This document shows positions 8,975 to 17,007 of a stretch of DNA of 57,047 nt, piece after piece. Each line of letters begins with the position of its first letter. The stretch's first letter is position 1. This stretch comes from a virus. Taxonomy: Duplodnaviria; Caudoviricetes. The translations under genes and the position numbers were made by a program. The stretch is from positions 1 through 57,047 of the IMG/VR virus record IMGVR_UViG_3300021077_000161; one strand, 5' to 3'. The notes under the pieces are model-generated. The model made no database searches. It saw nothing but the letters and a program-made list of their open reading frames with translations, and was not told the DNA's origin.

Positions 8975-10021
8975 AAGACAAAATGAACCGACCAAAAGAT
9001 ATAGAAAACCGAAAACTACCAGATAACCCTAAATGGATTAAGGATCATGTCATCTTTCTAACCGTATCAGGTAGTAAAAGTTACGGGACAGATATAGAAG
9101 GAAGTGACACTGATCTAAAAGGAGTTTGTACACTACCTCCTGACGTTGTTTTTGGGTTTCAAGAAAAATTCGAACAAGTACAAACGAAAACCCCAGACGA
9201 TTTAGAAATCTTTAGCCTGTTAAAGTTCGCCAAGCTTGCTGTAGATAACAACCCCAATATATTAGATATCCTGTTTGTCGACGATAGTTCTATACTGGTT
9301 TCTACTTCAGAGTGGAACAAAATCAGAGACATCAAAGAGAAGTTCTTGTCTAAACGAATTGCTTCTACCTTTGCTGGTTATGCAAGATCTCAGCTACATA
9401 AAATAAAAGGTCATAGAGGATATCTATTAAATCAGGTTAAAACAATTCCCACAAGGGAAGAGTTTGGCTTACCAGCTAGATGTTTAGTCCCAAAATTGCA
9501 TGCCGCTGACTCAGCTGTTCAAAAGCAGCTTGATAGTTTAGCTGGAGATTGGTCTATAGATAAAAACAAACAAATTGATCTATATAAAGATGTCGCTAAG
9601 GGCCTGGGGGTTTGATTCTAATTTTATAGAGCTTTTGTACAAAGAAAAGAAGTATGCTGTTTTGATAGCAGAGCAAGAAGCCTATAACAATTGGGCTAAG
9701 TCAAGGAACCCTAAGAGAAAAGCTTTAGAAGAAAAATACGGGTATGACACAAAGCATCTGATGCATCTTGTTAGAATCTATAGAGAATGCCTAGAATGCC
9801 TACAAACAGGGACACTTGAAGTAAAAAGACACGACGCTAAAGAGCTAGTGGAAATTCGACAAGGCGGTTGGCCATTTGAAAAAGTCGAGGCTTGGGCAAG
9901 TGACGCAGAGAAACAAGTTCAAATTGCCCTAAAAGAAACTAAATTACCTGCTAGACCTGACTTAGAAACAATAAATAGCGTAGTACAGCAAATAGTTAGA
10001 ACTGCTGCTACTAGGAATTAA
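8971..10021 (+). CDS. Pol-beta-superfamily nucleotidyltransferase, split by a one-base frameshift at ~9606-9615
   Basis: GSKSYG..SDTDLKG motif in ORF 8971-9615; YDTKHLMHLVR helical domain in ORF ending 10021; removing one G from CTGGGGGTTTGA joins them. Confidence 0.8.
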
Positions 10022-10709
10022 CCGTTTTGCACAAATTTTTACATGCTGCCAAATATGGAGTTAATTGAAAGGTTCCAGCTTTAAGCTCTTGTAATTTTTG
10101 GGAAAAGTATAATCTTACCCATTTTTTAAAAGGCCACATCCAGTAGTATGAAGAATCGCTAAAATTACCAACAATCCAATCCAGATAATCAGACTCATTC
10201 CCTAAGGTGCCCGACCAATAATCAACAGCAATTGACACAGTGTACCCTCTGATTTCAATATACGCTCTACCAAAGGCCGGGATGGGGGCCAAAAACAAAA
10301 GAGACAGCAACCCCCACAGCAACCACAAAGGCCCACCCAACAGCAAGATAGGAAGAATGGTGATAGAATAAAGGACCCCTAAGATACCTATTAGTTGAGG
10401 AAGCAAATATCCAACATCAAAAACAATATTAGATATTTTTTGGGCATCTTGGGCGTGTTGAATTTCATGTAATGCGATCTGCCAAATGTAAGGTTCGTTC
10501 CCTGTTAACCAAGCATCAGGAAAGGCAGTTGTTTGATGTATTGTGGTTCCGTAATTGGTCATGTAATCTTTATTACCTATCTTACTAAAGATCCACCCAA
10601 TTGTTTTATGTAACGTTGAGTTATTTTTAGGAACAATTTTATAGGTAGGGCAAAAGAGCTTACCTAAATCAATAGCTTTTTGGAGTTTTTCTTTTTCGAT
10701 CATAAACAA
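10011..10709 (-). CDS. Membrane protein with HExxH (zincin-like) motif (likely start ATG 10703)
   Basis: HEIQH, two hydrophobic helices, downstream EIRGY. Confidence 0.65.
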   Translation of the reverse strand: MFMIEKEKLQKAIDLGKLFCPTYKIVPKNNSTLHKTIGWIFSKIGNKDYMTNYGTTIHQTTAFPDAWLTGNEPYIWQIALHEIQHAQDAQKISNIVFDVGYLLPQLIGILGVLYSITILPILLLGGPLWLLWGLLSLLFLAPIPAFGRAYIEIRGYTVSIAVDYWSGTLGNESDYLDWIVGNFSDSSYYWMWPFKKWVRLYFSQKLQELKAGTFQLTPYLAACKNLCKTVNS

Positions 10710-10753
10710 AAGATTGTGCTTGATTTAAAATTAAACCGGAGTATCCTATAGAT

Positions 10754-11521
10754 ATGAGTCAAATTATCCTAAGTTCAGAAGCAAAAGACGTATTAAAGAA
10801 CGCTGTGATTGATAGCGTTAAAAATACGTTAACCTTACCAGAGGGGCAGTTGAATAGAAAGCTGTACCTAGAAATCAACGGTTTTCTAGAAGTTTTGGGA
10901 GGTAAGTGGAACAAGAAACAAAAATGCCATATCTACCCTAACGGAGATTGGATCCCTGTTTTTACTTCTTCTGTTAAAGAAAGTGAGATTGAGTACGTAG
11001 ACCTTAAGAAAGATCTAGAATTCTTTGAAACACCGCCAGAACTAGCCCAAGAAATGGTAGACTTAGCGGGAGTAGATAAAGACAGCCGCATTTTAGAGCC
11101 TAGCATTGGTATGGGAGGAATCGCGAAATTTTGCCCTAATAGGAATAACGTTGTCGGACTAGATATTCACCAACCATTTGTTGACGCAATGCTTAAGAAA
11201 GAATACAACGTCTATAATGTAGATTTCTTGACGCAAAGGGCCTCGGAGTTAGGCATGTTTGACGCAGTCTTAATGAACCCACCGTTTTCAAATGGACAGG
11301 ACGTTAAACACTGTACGCACGCTCTTAGTTTTCTGAAAGCTGGAGGGTTTGTAGTTGCCCTTACTTCTAAATCTTGGACGTTCAGAAAAGGGAAGGTGTG
11401 GGAGGAGTTTAGAAACTTAGTAAAGAAAGACGGCGTTTATAGCAGAGACATTCCAGAAGGTACATTTAAAGCAGCAGGAACCAACATAGGGACCGTTTTA
11501 TTGGTCATTAGGAAGAACTAG
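10754..11521 (+). CDS. Amino (N6-adenine) DNA methyltransferase
   Basis: FFETP, ILEPSIGMGGI (motif I), NPPF (motif IV). Confidence 0.85.
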   Translation: MSQIILSSEAKDVLKNAVIDSVKNTLTLPEGQLNRKLYLEINGFLEVLGGKWNKKQKCHIYPNGDWIPVFTSSVKESEIEYVDLKKDLEFFETPPELAQEMVDLAGVDKDSRILEPSIGMGGIAKFCPNRNNVVGLDIHQPFVDAMLKKEYNVYNVDFLTQRASELGMFDAVLMNPPFSNGQDVKHCTHALSFLKAGGFVVALTSKSWTFRKGKVWEEFRNLVKKDGVYSRDIPEGTFKAAGTNIGTVLLVIRKN

Positions 11522-11523
11522 CC

Positions 11524-11994
11524 GTGAATCAACAACTACAAGAAAAATGTGTAAAGGAACAGCTTAAAGATCCTGAAGTTATTAAGGGATTCTTTATCAA
11601 ATATTCGTTTTTAAGTAACTTTTACCTATGCCCGGTTTATTACGAAGGACTAACTTATCCTAGTTCAGAAAACGCGTTTCAGGCAGCTAAGTTCGATCCA
11701 GCGACGCGAGAGGCTTTCTGCAACATCTCTCCGTCTGAGGCTAAAAGGCTTGGAAAAGCACTGAAGATTAAGGATATTGCCACGTGGGAAAACACTAAGG
11801 ATATCGTAATGTACAGGGTTCTTCTTTTCAAGTTTTCTAAAAACAAAGATCTTAGAGCAAAGCTGGTAAATACAGCCCCTAAAAAACTACAAGAAACAAA
11901 CTGGTGGGGGGATAAATACTGGGGGATTTGTGACGGAGCGGGAGAAAATGCTCTCGGAAATATTTTGATGGAAGTGAGGGCTATTTTAATTTAA
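11524..11994 (+). CDS. NADAR family (YbiA-like) protein
   Basis: FLSNFY, SSENAFQAAKF, WGDKYWG, GENALGNILMEVR. Confidence 0.9.
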   Translation: MNQQLQEKCVKEQLKDPEVIKGFFIKYSFLSNFYLCPVYYEGLTYPSSENAFQAAKFDPATREAFCNISPSEAKRLGKALKIKDIATWENTKDIVMYRVLLFKFSKNKDLRAKLVNTAPKKLQETNWWGDKYWGICDGAGENALGNILMEVRAILI

Positions 11995-12466
11995 GCCAGG
12001 TAATTATAGCCGCTGAAACAATACTTGCTATTGCTGTACCAGCTAAGGTAAAGATTCGATTGCGACGTTCTTTTTTGGCTACCCTGGCTTCTTCTAGAAC
12101 AGCTTCTGCTTTTATTCTGGATTCTTCTAAGACGGCTTCGGCTTTTAACTTAGCTTTTTCTAAATCTTCTAGTTCTTGAGTATCGTGCTTATTCGCCTTA
12201 CACTCTAAACTGCTAAGCCTAGTTCCATAATTCGATGTGTCAATTCTCATGGTTGTAAACCCGGCAACCATACCTTTTATATCAGCCTTCATGTCCTCGA
12301 ACCCAACATTTAAGTTGTCTACAGCCTCTGCTACTCTACCCAATATTGGTAACATTTGAGTTGTTTGCATCTCTAATCTCCCCAAACGTTTTATTGTATC
12401 TGACACAATAATTGAGTTAGTGTCTGAACTTTTGTCCTCTGACGTGCCTATCCGGTTGACGCCCAT
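11981..12466 (-). CDS. Coiled-coil protein with C-terminal TM helix; first 8 aa (MGVNRIGT) supplied by the TnpB element end
   Basis: ATG overlaps tnpB TAA; same 8-aa start as 43985-44188. Confidence 0.7.
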   Translation of the reverse strand: MGVNRIGTSEDKSSDTNSIIVSDTIKRLGRLEMQTTQMLPILGRVAEAVDNLNVGFEDMKADIKGMVAGFTTMRIDTSNYGTRLSSLECKANKHDTQELEDLEKAKLKAEAVLEESRIKAEAVLEEARVAKKERRNRIFTLAGTAIASIVSAAIITWLKLK

Positions 12467-13565
12467 TAGCTTACCCGGCTTTCGTCAACACGAGGCGCGG
12501 CACTGCGCCCGATCATGAGGATGTTCCGGGCCGCGTTTACATCGCGGTCGTGGCTTGCGCCACAATCAGAACACACCCACTCTCTTATTCCAAGACCTGC
12601 GATACCTTTCGGCCTCGACTCGGGGCGTGAGCCACAAGTCGAACAGGTTTGGGTTGTAAAACTTTCGTCGACTTCTAGAAACGTAGCTCCGTGCCTGCTG
12701 GCTTTGTAGCGGAGCATGTCCCTGAACGTTGACCATCCCGCGTCAAGCACGGACTTTGCCATCCGTGTCTTCGCCAGGCCAGCCGCGTTCACGTTGCCGA
12801 CGACGATCAATCTGTTTGCGTCGGCCAGTTTGGCTGACGCCTTGTGTAAATAGTCCTTTCGTTGGTTCTTTATTTTTGTGTGAATAGCCTTTGCTCTTTT
12901 AGAATTATTTGCTCTTTGAGCTATCGACAATTTCTCTTCGAGCTTTCGATAGCTTGTTGGGTTTTCAATCTTCTCACCGTCACTTGTTGTTGCTAAGGTC
13001 TTCAGACCTAAATCAACCCCAACTTCTCCAACGCCAGTAGGCAACCCACCAACCTTAACATAAAAACAAACCCACCATTTACCAGAAGAATCTTCAACAA
13101 AACAGCCACCTGTAGCATTACTGGGAAGTGGACTGCGCTTCGCGCCAAAGAACTTATAGGTATGACCTAGATAGGTTATTGAATTCATTGATACTTGTCT
13201 AGATTGTTCTTTAAAAGGCACCCAACCTAAAGATCTCTTTGATCCTGAAGACTTACGAAACTTTGGACATTTTTTGTGTTGATCACGGCTCTTCGAGAAC
13301 TGTTCATCAACGCACTGTACCGTCTGAGCATGTAATCCAAGCTCTTTAGAAGTTCCTTTAGTTAATTTTTGTAAATCAAAGTGGCTTGGCCATTTCTTGT
13401 AAGATCCTAGTTTGTAAATTTCTTGGACCTTCCTCTGCGAAGCAGTACAGAAATTCCAGACCTGATTGACCGCCCAAGAAAATTCTCGAAGAGACCTAGC
13501 TACCCTATGGCCCTTGAGTCTATATTTATAAGTTAAAATCATAATTTGTTACCTAACCGGAGAAG
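12443..13565 (-). mobile_element. Transposase-free TnpB cassette 1
   Basis: Left end CTTCTCCGGTTAG, right end TGGGCGTCAACCGGATAGGCACG identical to cassette 2. Confidence 0.75.
12466..13542 (-). CDS. tnpB: TnpB RNA-guided endonuclease (rearranged RuvC-II type)
   Basis: YKYRL N-terminus, GVDLGLK, VVGNV, VDESFTTQTCS, CxxC zinc finger, HDRDVNAA. Confidence 0.93.
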   Translation of the reverse strand: MILTYKYRLKGHRVARSLREFSWAVNQVWNFCTASQRKVQEIYKLGSYKKWPSHFDLQKLTKGTSKELGLHAQTVQCVDEQFSKSRDQHKKCPKFRKSSGSKRSLGWVPFKEQSRQVSMNSITYLGHTYKFFGAKRSPLPSNATGGCFVEDSSGKWWVCFYVKVGGLPTGVGEVGVDLGLKTLATTSDGEKIENPTSYRKLEEKLSIAQRANNSKRAKAIHTKIKNQRKDYLHKASAKLADANRLIVVGNVNAAGLAKTRMAKSVLDAGWSTFRDMLRYKASRHGATFLEVDESFTTQTCSTCGSRPESRPKGIAGLGIREWVCSDCGASHDRDVNAARNILMIGRSAAPRVDESRVS

Positions 13566-14047
13566 TATGTGCTATTGTAGAGAGCGTTTATCTTTAAAAT
13601 GTCTTGCTGCGAAATTTGTTCCGGTGAGTCGCAACTTTCTATATAACTAACCCCTAACAAATGACAAATTTCTTCAAGGGTTACTTGTAGCGTTAAGCAA
13701 GGGCTAGTTTCCGACTCAGGAAGCTCCACAATTGCTGATATAGGGGATTCGTCTTCTTTGTAGAAGGTAACGACTCCCTTTGTTGCGTTGTGTTGTTTGC
13801 AGTCCTTTATGTAGACAACGCCTTTAGGGGGTATCAGGCCTTCCCTTTCTATACCTACAGCTAATTTGTTTGTGGCCTCTTGCGGCTCCCTTAGTATCTT
13901 TTTGTGGCCCGCCGAGTTAACCTGATAGCAGCAACAGGAAAAAGCAGCTCTAAACCTAAGCCTTAAAATTGGGCTGTAAAGGACTGTTAAAGGCAGGAGT
14001 TCATTAGCCCAAATACGGCCAAGGCTATCTTGAGTAGTTCCAATCAC
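13553..14047 (-). CDS. Degenerate matrixin/metzincin-like protein
   Basis: EEICHLLG (HExxH-like, first His lost) and terminal SQQDILKINALY; stop lies in the TnpB left end. Confidence 0.45.
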   Translation of the reverse strand: MIGTTQDSLGRIWANELLPLTVLYSPILRLRFRAAFSCCCYQVNSAGHKKILREPQEATNKLAVGIEREGLIPPKGVVYIKDCKQHNATKGVVTFYKEDESPISAIVELPESETSPCLTLQVTLEEICHLLGVSYIESCDSPEQISQQDILKINALYNSTYFSG

Positions 14048-14249
14048 TTTCTATAGATTGGATTGGGGTGGATACTAATGGCTATTGATTGTGCCGTGAT
14101 TGGGACACGTTTCAGGAGGATTAATCCCATATCCAGAAACAACCAAACCACACCTAGCACATTCCCATTTAGGATCTGGTTTGTTTTTGCTAACTGCGTT
14201 ATCTTTTGAAAAATCTACGTAAAAAATCCAACCATCCATATCTAACTCC

Positions 14250-14564
14250 TATCTTGGATAACTACGTATCCTAATTTTGAGAAATGTTGTTTAAACCGTT
14301 TTTCTTCTATTCCAAAATAAACCAAAGCGCAGTCAAACGTACCTCCACTAATTTTTCCGTCTAGGCCTTTACAGGGGCTTCCGTTTTCCCAAAATAGAAC
14401 CATTTCTCTTTAAGCCCATCTTGAGGTAGAATTATTTCTTTCTCGGCTTTTACTAAACTGTATTCGTTGCTACAAGGGTCTAAATCGATTTTACCTACCC
14501 AAAACTCCTTTATAGGTTGGACTAATTCAGGTGGGGTGTTAAAACTGTTGTTTTGGTTTGACAT
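14250..14564 (-). pseudogene. Phage DNA N6-adenine methyltransferase remnant with internal deletion
   Basis: NTPPELV..IDLDPCS..DGLKEKW, then no NPPY motif; C-terminal GTFDCALVYFG..RFKQHFSKLG in another frame. Confidence 0.65.
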
Positions 14565-14856
14565 TTTCGTGTTTTTGCTTTAATTGGTGTTCTAACTCCG
14601 ATATTCTATCTGCGTCAAACGAAGATAGAAACCCCAAGAAACTTTTGTCTTCAGTATCTACAACTTTAATTTCATTGTCAACTGTTTCCATATAAACGAT
14701 TTCTCTTGTAGAACATCTTTCGATAATTGCAAGACAGGTGGGTGGATAGATTTGTAAAAGCCCTTCGTTGTCATAGGCGATTCTAACGTCTGGCTCACAG
14801 GGGCAAATTTGAATGATTTTTTCAGACATTGAAATCAGCAAAAGGGTAATTTTCAC
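14539..14856 (-). CDS. Hypothetical protein (likely start 14829)
   Basis: ORF in minus-strand run. Confidence 0.55.
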   Translation of the reverse strand: MKITLLLISMSEKIIQICPCEPDVRIAYDNEGLLQIYPPTCLAIIERCSTREIVYMETVDNEIKVVDTEDKSFLGFLSSFDADRISELEHQLKQKHENVKPKQQF

Positions 14857-15271
14857 GCTTTATAATAGAAAAGGGACTTGGGTTTGACCTAACGGTCCAG
14901 TCTTTAATATTGCTTGAAGCCCAAGTATACGGATAATATGTAGGATATGTAGGATATGTAGGATATGTGTCTTCCACTTCAGTTCCCCAAACGATTCCTG
15001 TCCCCTTACAGGACCTACATTTTTCTTTTGTTTTAGGGATTGAACGACGATAGTACCCTACAAAAACATCACGAACCGACGTTCCAACACTGTTGGCTCT
15101 AATCCAGTCGTCCCCTAAAATCTTGTCTCCGGCGTTATATTCGTCCCCCTCTTTTATAATTTCTCCTACTTCTAAAAACCGATAGGTTGTTTCTTGTAAG
15201 TCTTTAGAAAAAGAATCTTCGCCGGTTCCATGACACACTGGGCAAGCATATGGGATCATTTTTGTTACCAT
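14822..15271 (-). CDS. DnaJ-type zinc-finger protein with inserted YRxLxxGExIxxGD domain
   Basis: CPVCHGTG ... YRFLEVGEIIKEGDE..W..YYRR ... CRSCKGTG; (YPT)n from ATATGTAGG tandem repeat. Confidence 0.7.
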   Translation of the reverse strand: MVTKMIPYACPVCHGTGEDSFSKDLQETTYRFLEVGEIIKEGDEYNAGDKILGDDWIRANSVGTSVRDVFVGYYRRSIPKTKEKCRSCKGTGIVWGTEVEDTYPTYPTYPTYYPYTWASSNIKDWTVRSNPSPFSIIKRENYPFADFNV

Positions 15272-15361
15272 TTGTTCTCCTATTTTATAGTTGTTTTTAA
15301 GATTGCTTTCTTAAACAAACAGTATATCATCGTCTTAAAGATTGTCAATCTAAAATAACAG

Positions 15362-15389
15362 TTGACAAAGAACAAAAGTCTGGTAAAAT
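15362..15389 (+). promoter_or_regulatory. Sigma70-like promoter
   Basis: TTGACA ... TGGTAAAAT upstream of AAGGAG and ATG 15414. Confidence 0.65.
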
Positions 15390-15413
15390 TCTTAAACAAC
15401 CAAGGAGAAACGA

Positions 15414-16463
15414 ATGCAATATCAAATGTTCAAGAACCTAAAAAACGATGACGTAATTCAAGCTGGAGACGAGATAGTAGGAGGGTATATCAACAAATGG
15501 ACCTCTCTAGAACCTGGGGCAAACGCTATAAATTACAAGGCCTCTTTTTACGACAAAACTTCTTTTAGATTTCGTCGGAAGGTAGATTCCGCCCCCAAAT
15601 TTAAACAGCACGATACCGTTAAGATTTGCAATAAAGATTCTAAGTTTTTTGGAGTTACCGGAAGGATCGTTGGTATTCGATTTGAACCACTAGGGTTTGT
15701 GTATCGCATTAAGTATGACGTTCCACAAGATGTAGAGCAATATAAATATTCTTGGTACATTGAGTCAGAATTAGATAATATTTATTATGATCCTCGTAAC
15801 ATTAAGTTAGGGCAAAGAGTTAGAGTAAACAGTCTTGCTCCCATCTTTAAAGGCAGGGAAGGGGAAATTGCTAAAGTCGATTGTAAGGCGTTTGACTATT
15901 GTGTGTCTTTTGGGGATTCTTCAAACGGAGGACCTATTTGTTTCAATGAGAATGAACTAGATCTAATTGAGGAAACGAAATTAAACTTTAAAGTTGGGCA
16001 GAGGGTTGTCATTTCAAAACAGATATGGCTTCCTACGCAAGGTGACAGCCATTCAGGAGTAATTGAACGAACCCTAGGTAACGGAGAGCGCCTTTGGGAT
16101 TATGTTGTAAGACTTGATAACGGAATGAATGCCCCTTTTAAAGAAAACGAAATCGAACTTGAGGTTAGTTTCTTTGAAGGGCTAAGCAAAGACCTGGAAG
16201 AGGCGACAAAAAGACTGACCAAAAAAATTAACAAATTGTACTGGGAACAAACTCCGGCATACGTCCCCATTAATTTGAATCTAAACGTAAAATACGCAGA
16301 CCTACCCGTAAGTAAATACCGCTATCTTAAAATTGGGGAAAAAATTCAAAAGGGAGACGAATATAACTCTATTCTCTGCGGATGGATTCCTAGCCTTTTT
16401 GTTGGAGGAGCTGTTACTTCATATGACGACAAAAATAATGTGTATAGAAGGAAGACTGCTTAG
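15414..16463 (+). CDS. Protein with terminal YRxLxxGExIxxGD domains and three internal SH3/KOW-like repeats
   Basis: FKQHDTVKI..G..G.I, LGQRVRV..G..G.I, FKVGQRVVI..G.I, each ending ExEL/ExEI. Confidence 0.7.
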   Translation: MQYQMFKNLKNDDVIQAGDEIVGGYINKWTSLEPGANAINYKASFYDKTSFRFRRKVDSAPKFKQHDTVKICNKDSKFFGVTGRIVGIRFEPLGFVYRIKYDVPQDVEQYKYSWYIESELDNIYYDPRNIKLGQRVRVNSLAPIFKGREGEIAKVDCKAFDYCVSFGDSSNGGPICFNENELDLIEETKLNFKVGQRVVISKQIWLPTQGDSHSGVIERTLGNGERLWDYVVRLDNGMNAPFKENEIELEVSFFEGLSKDLEEATKRLTKKINKLYWEQTPAYVPINLNLNVKYADLPVSKYRYLKIGEKIQKGDEYNSILCGWIPSLFVGGAVTSYDDKNNVYRRKTA

Positions 16464-16469
16464 CCGTTA

Positions 16470-16886
16470 ATGAAACCCAAATCCGAAAAACGCAAGAAAA
16501 TATACCAAAAATTCGGTGGTAGATGTGCTTATTGCGGGCATCTACCACCGGAACTTACTTTAGACCACATAAAACCTGTATCTAAAGGAGGGACCTGGAG
16601 ACTAGAGAATCTTTACCCAGCGTGTTATGATTGCAACAAAGCAAAAAGCAGCTTGTCAATCGAACAATTTAGAGAAGCGATAAATTCTAATTTAATTAAG
16701 AAAAACAAACGCTTAAACAGACACTGGGAAGTCACTTTAAATAGATTTAACTGCCCAGTTTATTTTTATTTTGAGAGACCTTTTGGTACTTTTAAAGAAG
16801 ATAAGGTAAAATTAACAAAATATTGCTCGATGGGTGGGTTTGGTTGTGTAGAGCGGGATTTGTTTGATAAATGTGTACTATTTTAA
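16470..16886 (+). CDS. HNH endonuclease
   Basis: CAYCG..TLDHIKPVSKGG..NLYPACYDCNKAK. Confidence 0.9.
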   Translation: MKPKSEKRKKIYQKFGGRCAYCGHLPPELTLDHIKPVSKGGTWRLENLYPACYDCNKAKSSLSIEQFREAINSNLIKKNKRLNRHWEVTLNRFNCPVYFYFERPFGTFKEDKVKLTKYCSMGGFGCVERDLFDKCVLF

Positions 16887-16988
16887 AATAGCCTTATCTA
16901 AACAAGAATCCAGCGTGGGCGCGTGCATGCTCTCGCCGATCAATGCGACGGCGCCGTGAAGGCCGGGGTCGTGACCGAGGAAGATCAT
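16878..16988 (-). pseudogene. 5' fragment of a RuvC-like resolvase gene
   Basis: GC-rich, reads MIFLGHDPGLHGAVALI (cf. ILGIDPG..GA), then runs into AT-rich DNA and stops. Confidence 0.55.
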
Positions 16989-17007
16989 GCTGAATAACTG
17001 ACAATTA

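Noticed and set aside
12443-13565. IStron (group I intron plus TnpB)
   Set aside because: Only ~25-30 nt lie between the left boundary and tnpB in either cassette, too little for a group I core
14936-14968. ATATGTAGG tandem repeat as a regulatory array
   Set aside because: In-frame 9-bp repeat encoding YPT inside a CDS
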